A stretch of 64,000 bases of DNA, filler included, from Stramenopiles sp. TOSAG23-2 (lineage: Eukaryota), in NCBI GenBank assembly GCA_900128395.1. It is 5 parts of 5 records of this genome, joined end to end, with 100 filler letters (N's around TTAATTAATTAA, not from the genome) between each part and the next. Parts side by side here need not be neighbours in the genome. Positions count along the whole stretch, not along the records: positions 26,643 to 39,848 come from LT649816.1; positions 39,949 to 53,139 come from LT649817.1; 3 more parts are not named here. The stretch is one strand, 5' to 3'. The notes under the pieces are model-generated. The model was not told where the DNA came from. It saw only the letters and a program-made list of their open reading frames with translations, and searched no databases. The position numbers and the translations under genes were made by a program. Position 1 is the first letter of the stretch. The number at the start of each line of letters is the position of its first letter. Below are positions 34,201 through 44,811 of this stretch, one piece after another.

Positions 34201-37200
34201 TTGAATGACACCAGTCATCGGGATATGCATGCGTTGTAGTTTCTGGCAAGGTAACCATTCAAAACGATTATTAAATCTCCATTCACTATCGTATGGCCAA
34301 GTGATATAATTTAATATTTCAGCTATTAATTTTGCATTTGGTTGATTTTCAGATTTTACTGCTTTGTTAAAATGAACAATTAAATTCTCATTCAATTCTT
34401 TCTTAATTGCGGTACAAGATTCCAATACTTGAAGATCTAAATTAATAACCATATGTTTCAGTAAGATTGCCTCATCATTTTTTAAATATTTTGATGTAGT
34501 TGTCACGTTCTTAAATACTGTTGTATGCTTGGAAGACAAATGTTTTGAGTACTTTTGGATATATGTGCATGTTGGGTGCCACAGCATTGATGATAAAACT
34601 GCTACAATACCTTTATTATACAATGCATTATTATTTCCTCCATTTTTTTGTCTCGAATAGCTGTCCATTAAATGACACCCATATCTCTGAATATCATTAT
34701 TATCCACATGACAAGCCATAACGTGCAAGCATACTTCCATTCCACCATTATTTATTATATTTTGCATATTCCATGGATGTTTAGTTACAATAGAAGATAT
34801 TGCTAACATTCCCGACTCTATTAGTTTGGTATTCCGTGATCTTTCACTGAAAGACTCTGTCATGCAACATTCATTTGATCTGCGTAATGTATCAACTACT
34901 ACATCCAGAGTACCTGGGATGGTTGCAATCAAACTTTCTACAGATTTAGAATAGCATTTTGGGGTCNNNNNNNNNNNNNNNNNNNNNNNNNNNNNNNNNN
35001 NNNNNNNNNNNNTTTGGGGTCTCAATGTAGTGCTCTTGCAGTGCTGGTATAACCGTCGGATAGCGCACCAGACTTAATTGGCATAATAGATCCATAGAAT
35101 ATTCTAAAATATCTACATGTTTTGATTCCACAGTTGGAAATGGTTTTGATAATAAATCTACTACAATTTTGATCCCACCAGCAGGGATAGTCGGAACGCA
35201 CGACGTTGCAGCAAGGACCGACTTTCGATCAGCCTTTAGAACAGAATGTAGGATTCGTTGTTGGTTTTTGTTTTTTTTTAACTCCTGTGGAACAGCAAGT
35301 CCTGCTCTAATGTTACATTTTAAATCAACAGCGACACTCGGTTTGTTCGGTTTGTAATGGCAATGAGCCTTGTTATACAATGCCCTCAACGCTGCAATTA
35401 TTACATCTTCATTTTTTGCATGCTTTTCTAGAATTGTAAAAATCAATTCAACATAATTCAAGGACTTAAGTACCGCGCACACACTAGAAGATGGGGTTTG
35501 GCCGCCATAAGCTGATTTTTGTCGCTGATTTTTGACACAACAAGCAATCTGAACAATCTCCAGTGCTACAATTTGCAAATCAGCAAAATCTATATATTTT
35601 TTCATAGTAATTAAAATGTTCTTCAAAAGAACACTTTCAGATACCTTTGATAATTCTATAAATTTCTCTAAACGAAATTCACGAAGTGCTTTTAATGCTT
35701 TCAATTTCTCAGCAGCATCATCACGTTCATAATGAAGTGTTGAGGCTTGATCGCTGTTCTTGCCTCGATATCAACAGTTTTGTATTTATTCAAACCAAAA
35801 CACTGCACCGTCTTACATTTCAAAAGTTTCTGCAAAATCTCTTTATCACACTTGCTTTCCTTATTAAATATATCTATATTCGGAAGAGCAACTCTCCCAT
35901 GTGGATAGCAACGATAAATACAGTGCAAATAAATAAAGTGCAGCGAATTACCCAAATCTTCGTAACAACCATAATTATTTGCATATTTTCGAAGTATATA
36001 CCTAAATGCTTCAACGGAATCTCCATAGACTATATGTTTTGTTTCTTGTATTACACTGTAGTGTCGTCTACCAATGTGCTTAAGTTTAATCTCGTCAATG
36101 TTTTGGATGGATATAGAACGCCTCCTTTCCGCTTGTCTTAAATGTTTGAAATCGGAACGTAAAATAACATATAATTCGACTTCACCATCTAGATTCGGCA
36201 ATAAGCATGACACGTTTAACCCATCAGATATTTTTGTACTATCACTTTCGTACCATGAACCACTAAGAAAAATGAAATCTGTTGTTGCATTGCCCGATTT
36301 TAATCCTGTTTTGCCATCTTTAAACTTCTTTTCTGCGATTAAACTTTTCAATGTTGTATTTGAAGACGCAGATATAACTACGGATGACGATTTGTAGAAA
36401 TGCACATTGATATGTTTCGTATGTTGGGTTGTTTTTGTATATTGTTGCAAGTGATGTAAAGCGTCATCGACGCTATCTTGTAAATTGTGCAAACCATGAT
36501 CACTTGGAAGCAAATCTTTCATTCTATTACTATTTAATCTGTTAATTTTTCTCCATAAGACGGACCCTGATTTTGATCTGTAAATGTTTAGAGAATTAAA
36601 ACCATATAAGACCTTTCCAAGCCATTCCGAAAGGGTTAAAATATCTTTTAACTTAGACCCTGTTGCTTTTAAAACGTCCGCTTTCGATATATTTGGTATT
36701 TGTACCGGCAGGTAATGGTATAGCATTGTTGCTGCAATTAACCCAGGAGGAAATTTCAATGAATTTATATCTAACAGTAATAAGTCGACTTGGTTCATAA
36801 TTATTTGAAATGACTTTTTTGGAAACGTGGTAGAAATATAGGCTGCCTTTGAATTTTTGGAGGCGGGTGTTCTTTGAGAGCATAACCGTTTTGCTAATAA
36901 ATTATGCATTTTAGATCGATCGGCATTATGCGTACCATTTTCTTCTAATGATGATAAATATCTTTGCATCATATCATGTAGTTTCTTACTACATTGTATT
37001 TGCACCTGCTTCGTGGTTTTTAACGAGCAAATAGCTCCTATGTGCAACCACATAAAGTGCACGATAGTTGTTGTTGGAAGCACCGATAGTTGTCGTTTCA
37101 TTGTATCTACCATTGCGCAAATTTCTGTTTCGTCATAAGCACTATCCGTTAGTGCAACAAATTCAGAATGGCTCAATTGAACTTTCTCCAATAATTCGGC

Positions 37201-39099
37201 TGCAAGAAACAGCCCTGCAGAACCAATCAGCCGCAACCTGTCATCACAAATATTTGCAGTTTCGAATAGATATTTATCTACGTATGCAGATGCTGTGTAT
37301 AGCGTATCACGTTGATATTGGTACTTTTTGCAGATCGTGGTTAACCAGTTAATTAACTTTGCCCGTGCGATCGAAATGACAGTAGGTTGTTGATCTAAAT
37401 AGCTTTCTTTCTTTCGATCCAATAATTTAGTATCGATACCATTGTCATCTTTACCAATTGTTTCCTTCTTACAAGCTTTACGGTATGTTTTGATTTCTTT
37501 TTCCACGATTTCTAAACTTTTATTGAGTCTTTTCATCGAGCAAACTACCTTCCGTCTTCGAACAATCTCTGCTCCGGGGAGACCTCTTAGGAGCTCTAAT
37601 TTTTTGACGATATCCAAATGTCTGCCAAGTTTTGCAAAATCAACTGCACTGCGATCTACATCATCAAGTAAATTTATATCACTTCCGGAATTAATTAACC
37701 GAGTTACAATATCACCACGGCCGTGGAAACACGCTGCCATCAACGCAGTTGTTTTGTCTGATTGATAACGAACGTAATTTGCATCACATCCTTGATTCAA
37801 TGCATCAATAATTAAATCACAAAAATGCGGTCCATCATGAAAACTTCTATATATTGCTTTATCCATCGCCAATTTGATTTCATACTCTGGATTATTTATC
37901 CATTCGATGTCTGATGGCATCTCAGTTTCATTATCTCCTGTTTTCTCAATTGAAATAGGATCACCAATTTCAGTTGCTACTTGTGTATGTGGAATAGAAA
38001 TGTCCATTTCCATAATGACAAGTATTGATTTGCGCGCCTTATTATTTTTACGTATATAGTAGCTTTTCACTTTAACAATGGCATTTTTTTGTAATTTATT
38101 TTCCTTGACTAGACTATTTAGGTTTGCAGCAAGTATAAATTGTGCATAACACTTTCCATCACTAAGAATTAGGCGGTAACGGTCTATGTCAGATACAACT
38201 ATTTTATGTATATCAATTACTTGTACAGTTGGATGGAATTTTAATGAAGCTTTTTTCTTATTTATCATATCAGCTATAGAGCCATGTGTCAAATAATCTA
38301 TAGAGGCATACGTCAATAATAGCTTTTCAATTTTTAACCTTCTGGTACCCATGGTAATACCGTTCATTGCAATGCATTTGTCTGCATTTTCAATATTTCT
38401 GAACGTCAAATTAGCACAACATGATCGCACAATGTGATCGAAAGTTAAATTAGCTTTAGCACAGCGCAATTGTTGTCGTCGAGTTCGAGTATTCTCTCGT
38501 AATGGTTGCATTTGACACATATCGATACCAACAATTTCCACACCTTTGAAAAAAATTTTAATATCGTCTTCCGTTGTTTCATACGGCATACCGGATATAC
38601 GTACAACATATTGTTCGATAGAATCTAATGATGCACTTTGCGGTGGACTTTGATTATAATCACTACCTTGATTTAACATAAATGCTTGTGCAGTGTTTGC
38701 TTTATCGATTGGAATGGGGTTGCCAATTTTGTCTGTTTGTGGAATAGGAATATCCATTGTTAAAACGATAACGATTTTGCGTTCTCCTACCTTATTAATA
38801 ATATACTCATGTAGTTTTACAATAGCATTTTTTTGTAATTTATTTTCCTCGACTAAACTATTTAGTTGTGTAGTAATCATAGATTGTGCATAAAAACACC
38901 CATCACTAATAATTAGACGGTAACGATCTTCGCCTGTTCCACTGATTTTACGTATATCAAGGACTTGTACAGTCGGATGAAATACTGTTGAATCTTTTGT
39001 TTCCTTGACCAAATCAAGTATAGAGCCTTGTGTCAACGACATTGTATTATTATTATGAGTAGATCGTGAATCTTTATTCTCAATTATCACATCAGCCAT
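31220..39099 (-). CDS. Mosaic multidomain gene (~2600 codons, two apparent frameshifts): RPA70N-OB, RRM, RPA70N-OB, ankyrin, cyclin, ARM-like, EF-hand-like, RBR (RING-IBR-RING2 variant), MATH
   Basis: LTQGSI..PTVQVLDI..DRYRLIISDG..QLNSLV...LQKNAIVKL (twice); VVRISGMPYETTEDDIKIFF (RRM); TALMAACFHGRGDIVTRLINSG (ANK); RAKLINWL..TLYTASAYVDKYL..LIGSAGLFLAAE (cyclin); C-x2-C clusters, WCQNESC..CTQCGAEAH and CPKCSFGPILHRNC (RBR); VYSPSF...WRLLVF and HDFSKTGTDWG (MATH). The N gap at 34967-35012 is flanked by the same tttggggtc and closes in frame (ETP|KCY). Confidence 0.7.
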
Positions 39100-39848
39100 T
39101 ATTTAACAAATATATTTTATTTTTCTCTGTAGTATAATCAATCTGTTTCAATAACGGTATTCGTTTAAAGTTTTGGATTGCAAATGTAAAATTATTGTTT
39201 TTTTAAAATGGTTATAATGTATAAAGGTATGAAAGGAGTTAGATGTTTTGTTTTATGTTTTATGTGTATTTTCTTCTTTCTTCTTGTGTCTTGTGTGTTT
39301 GGCACTTGGCACTATATATATACTGTAATGTTGTTTTGAATTATATTTAGCAGGCACACACCATAGACTAAATATAAAGTGCTCGCGAGAGTGTTGGTGC
39401 GAGTTTGTAGTGAGTGTTGGTTATTTATTAGCTGGTTATAGTATATAATACTCAGGAAACCACTGCTATTGCTGTGCTATTCGGTGCAACTTAAAAAAAC
39501 CGGACTAAATACAGGACAAAGTACCTTAAACTCAAGTCAATCCGCCCGAGGCTTCATTGAATTCATTATTTTTAAAGAAAAAAAAAAATATAAATTATTT
39601 TTTAATATACACACATATTAATATATCTATACAGGGCACTCTCTAGAGAGTCACAGTGTCACAGCCAACAATATGGATTCGTGCAGATTTTTTCATACCA
39701 TCCCCTCTATCGAATAGTGGAAAATACAACATCGCATTCAACAATCAACAACAATGGAGATGCAAAATATAACGGAGACGTATGATAACACATTTATAAA
39801 AATTGGTAATTGATTTGCGGCATGAATACCTTTAATCGTTTCATCATT

Positions 39849-39948
39849 NNNNNNNNNNNNNNNNNNNNNNNNNNNNNNNNNNNNNNNNNNNNTTAATTAA
39901 TTAANNNNNNNNNNNNNNNNNNNNNNNNNNNNNNNNNNNNNNNNNNNN
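39849..39948. other. Artificial contig linker
   Basis: N44-TTAATTAATTAA-N44. Confidence 0.97.
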
Positions 39949-41266
39949 GTAATAATTTTTTTACGACACACTATACGTGTAATGGTGTCTCCCCCTTAAT
40001 TACATGCTTCACGTGAGAACCACACACCTGCTAAAATATAAAAGCTGAGCTACGTAGCTGGCTGGGCTGGCCCGGCTGGCTAGCTCAGCTACATGTAGAG
40101 CTAGCTCTAGCTACTCTGTACCACCGTACGCACCGCATACCACCTAATAAAAGCACAAAAGTATATGAGATAATTTTTAAAATTAAGGTATAATTAGTAA
40201 ATGACCGTTTGGTACATTACACAGCAAGGGAATTCAGAATCTCCAATGACCGAAAAAGTTTTGCAAGCAATAACTCCAAAAATCCAACTTTTTTATTAAA
40301 GCGATTTTAAAGAGGCACCACAGACAATACCAAGGTAGCGCAAAAATTTTTGTGCCACACACTATACAGACTAAAAGATTTACTCTCCCAGTTCAACATT
40401 GCTCTTCCATGTCAACCAACACACACATACTAAATATACAAAAATATTTTTTTCATAAAAAGAACAAAATGCGCACTAACTGAGATATGTTCCAATTTAC
40501 ATACCGACTGGTAATCGATAACCCACTTTACTTTTGATGTAATTGCATACCGGAAGTATTTTTTGCAATTCGATTAAGGTTTATAGGCGGATTTATGGGA
40601 ATTTAGTACATTTATTGAAACATAATTTTACAACATTAGTATTCTGTATTTAAAAACAATAGAAAACATAAATTATTTACGTTTCATATATAAATAAAGA
40701 GATTGTAACATTAAATTGCTCATATATACTTATTTAATGTTCTTGAGAGTGCTTGTTAGTGACGTAATGAATGCATTAAATGTCTTTATTAAGGTATATG
40801 TGAAAATCCATTGTGCGAAATTGTGTACAAATTTCCGATAGAATTTTTGTTGTAATAATATGTAGTCTATAAATCCTACTTAGAACCCATAATATTCACC
40901 CTGTAATTATCTTAATTTGTGAAGGCCACAGTACGAGGAGCTATACATATAGTACTATTACACTACCTGGTAATACTGGAATACCAGGGAATACTATTAT
41001 TATAGGTACTATGAATAGCTAGGCACCTGGCTAGGAAATAACAAAAAAAAAATGAATAACCAGAAGAATATATATTTAATATAGATAATAAATAATAATA
41101 ATACACATAATATCAGACTTAGTTAGGAATAGAAGTATTTATAAAATATATAAAACAGAGTTAAAGGAGAAAAAATTCACCAAAAGGGTAACAACAATAA
41201 GTGGGGGAAAATAAGTACATAGATACATAAACACGTGAATACATATATCACTACATATATATAAAT

Positions 41267-42586
41267 ATGTCAAGAAATGCGTTTGCACAACTTGACTCAG
41301 ACGAATCAGATAATGAAGATATGAAAACAGACAACAATGTTGGGAATACGGAAGAGGATGCAAATAGTGTTGGTGAAACTAATAATATCAACAACGATAG
41401 TAGCAACGCCAGAAAAACGAAAATGTCATTAAAGGCGCAATGGGAACGAAGCAGCAGTCGAGGGCAATATTCACCTTCGAGAAGTTCACACAAAACAGCT
41501 GATATTAAAAAAGAATTTGCTGCGTTTGGACAGTCAACATCAATATCAAATCGAAACAGAGTAAGATATAGTAAAGAGGATATTCTAGCTTTGTATAAGG
41601 ATAACCTTGAAAAGCCAGTAGATGTAAAGGGTGTACCAAAACTTATAGTTGGGGACTGTTTAAAGCCAGTAGTTCTAAAACCAATGGGTTATGAAGAGTT
41701 AAATGGTATCTGGGATTTTCACTTGTCTAAAAGACAAGGTAGACGCGGTGGAAACAATACACGTTTTCAAAGAAATACGGGTAACCAACGTGGTAATAAC
41801 GATGCGCGAAGGGCTAGAAGCGATGGTAGTCTTAGTGGGCAAAATGACAGATGGGGTGGCAGAAATGATAGTAATCGTAGTAACAATAATACTGATCGTT
41901 CAGGTGGGCGTTGGGGAAGACTTGACGGAAGTGATGGCAATAATAGGAACAACAACAACAATGCTACTTTTGGCGGTAACGAATGGCGTCGTGGGCAAAA
42001 GCCCCAAGTTTCAAATCGCAATCGTAATGATATGAACAACGAGGATACATTCGGGGATGGCATGCTGGGCGTTGGTGGTGCAGATAATAATACTTTTGAA
42101 GATTTTGCAGCTAATTCAGCCAAATTTGAGCAAGAAATGGCTAATTTAAGAAAGAATGCAGGCATGGGATTGAAAATGTCTGTTGATAGCCAAGGCGATA
42201 AATTCGGTGGTGCCTTAGAAAAAGATTCTTCATCAACAACTATACGTGCTAACAACAATGATTTAAATAGTAATAGTAGTCTTAACAACCCATCACCATC
42301 GTTACAGCCTTTGTCACAACCATTGGATGCACATGCTTTGGAATTGCAAATGCAACGACAACAAGCACAAGTAAGGGAGGAGCAAACTAAGAGGCAACAA
42401 CAGCAACAAGAAATGATGCGTAGGAGGCAAGAGGAAGAAAGGCAAAGGCAACAGTTAGAAATGCAACAAAGACAACAACAATTGCAACGGCAGCAAGAAG
42501 ATCACAGACGTCAACAAGCATTCTTGTATCAACAGCAGCAACAAAGAATGCAACAAGAAGCGCGTTTACGACAACAACAATTTCAA

Positions 42587-42624
<38 letters not shown>

Positions 42625-44374
42625 ACAACAGCAATTTGGCGACGATTGGTATTATCAAGATCCACAAGGTCGTGTTCAGGGACCATTTAATTCCGACGAT
42701 ATGAGAGATTGGTATCAAAATGGATATTTTAAACCAAATTTACCAGTTCGCCAAGGTAATAATAATAGGCCGTTTATTCAGTTAGCAGTTCTTTATCCAG
42801 ACTTAAGACGTGCTTTTCAAAGCCGTCCTCAAATACACCAACAACAACAACGCGGTAATGCTCACCAAGTGACACAGCAACAGATGAGAATGAGGCAGCA
42901 ACAAATGCAACAGCAACAACAAATGCAACAGCAACAACAACAGATGCAGCAGCGTCAACAGCAAGAGCAGCAACAATTAGAACGAGAGCGACAAGAGCAG
43001 CGACAAAGGGAGGAGGAGCAATTGCGCGCCCAAGCAGAGAGACAGCGTCAAGAAGCGCAGCGTGCTGAAGAAGAGCGGAGGCTAGATGTTGAAGGGCGCC
43101 GAAAAGAAGAGCAAGAAAGAGCGAAAATGGAACAGCAGCGTAAACTCGCGGAAGCACAGGCCGCTCAAGCCCGTCGTATACAAGAAGAAGAAATACGTAG
43201 GCAAAAGGCAGAGGCGGAAAAGGCGCGTTTGTTGTTGGAACAGCAGAGAATTGCGCAAGCAAATGCGTGGGGTGGTAATAATGATAAAAAAGGCACGTCG
43301 AAAGCGAAAAAATCATTAGAGGAAATTCAAAGGGAAGAGGCTATTCGTATGCAGCAACAAAAAGCACAGCAAGAGGCATCTAATCCAATACGGCCTGGTG
43401 GTACATGGGGCCAAAGCGCGACTAACAAAAACGATAGTGGTAACACTAGTAACAATAGTGAATCTGCGCCTCGGAAAAAGAGCATGGTTGAAATTCAAAT
43501 GGAAGAAGCTGCGGCTGCTGCAAAAAGACAACAACAACAGCAACAACAGCAACAAATGAATCAGCAACAATCATATTCCTCCTCTAGCAATAATAACAAT
43601 AGTAGCATACAACAAGATAATAATGGAGGTGTATGGGGAGGCGGTAAAAAGTCGCAACCAAAAAAATCTTTAGAAGAAATTCAAAGAGAGGAAGCAATGC
43701 GTGTACAGCAACAAAGGGCACAGCGTGGTACTGGCCAGCCCTCACGTGGTGGGAGTGGCGGTGGCTTAACTATGGCAGAACGTTTGGCTTCAAAACATGG
43801 CGTAAGCGGACCGAGTAGCGTCTTGTATGATAATAATAGCAACAACGGTGGTAATGGGGGTGCAATGACTTCACAATTAAAGCAACTATTGGGTGTGCAA
43901 TCACCTGGCCGTCCAACTCAACATCGCTCTGTGAATAACAGCAACAACGGTCCGTGGCAAAATACTGGATCTAGATCACAGCAACAAGCTCAATACTACC
44001 AACAAAATAAGAACCAGGGGCGACAACAACAAGCCAACACAGCCGGTCAAACTTTTTGGGGAAACACTGATGGTAGTAGCAATAATGCAAATGCTGGTGG
44101 TCATAGTAGTTCCCAAGCAAACGATGCGTTGGGATCTGGCGCCGAATTAAATGCTGATATGCGACAGTGGGCTACAGGCGAAATGCAGAAAATAAAAGGA
44201 AATTCAGATTTAACTTTGGTCTCGTTCTGTATGACGTTATCATCGAATTCTGAAATAAGAGAATATATGCGTGACGTTTTAGGCAGTACTCCACAAGTTT
44301 CATCCTTTGCATCTGAATTTATAAGAAGAAAAAACAAAATTGGTGGTAAAAAAAAGCGTGGGAAGAAAAGGTAA
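41267..44374 (+). CDS. GYF-domain protein, GIGYF/Smy2-like translational repressor
   Basis: WYYQDPQGRVQGPF....MRDWYQNGYF GYF domain; N-terminal YSKEDILAL 4E/4EHP-binding-type motif; poly-Q coiled coil; three KKS(L/M)xEIQxEEA repeats; C-terminal ..EIREYM..VLG......FASEFI domain. Confidence 0.88.
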
Positions 44375-44465
44375 AAAAGACATTTGATGAATGTATCATT
44401 ATCATACTTTTTGTATGGTAGTTTCGAGAGGTTAAATTGAATAATATATATTATACATATTATTG

Positions 44466-44638
44466 ATGGTTAAAATCTAAGTTATAATAATTTTACACGC
44501 ACTTCTCGTGCTAAGTAATATGCTCAAATACTCAATCTCAAGAATAATACGGGTCGTATTACTATCCTATGATAATTCCTACTCTTCAAAAGAATACAAT
44601 AACTGAGGGACAATAATATCTATCTCACCAAACTGAAA
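44466..44638 (+). repeat. Conserved non-coding motifs B (44466-44535) and A (44571-44638); homologous copies at 30847-31046 and 47412-47615
   Basis: B: atctaagttataataattttac..cttctcgtg..taatatgctcaaatactcaat, the reverse complement of 30976-31046. A: gataattcctactcttcaaaagaatacaataactgag..acaataatatctatctcac..aactgaa, the reverse complement of 47548-47615. Confidence 0.8.
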
Positions 44639-44811
44639 GATGGACAATACGTACACTCTAAAAAAGCACGAGTAAAGTTTCTATCCTTCCATAACGCACT
44701 CGTTGAATGGGTTGGACGTCGGTTTCACTCGAAAACAGGGATGTTATCGATGCAAAGGATCCTGTTGTATAATATCTATCTTACACTAGTGCATCAATAT
44801 TCTCATAACCT

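Noticed and set aside
34967..35012. N gap as a boundary between two genes
   Set aside because: Both flanks carry the same tttggggtc, and merging them restores one reading frame (ETPKCYS).
37945..39040. RPA-like domains as evidence of an autonomous Helitron
   Set aside because: Only N-terminal protein-binding OB folds are present, with no Rep/HUH or PIF1 helicase motifs on the contig.
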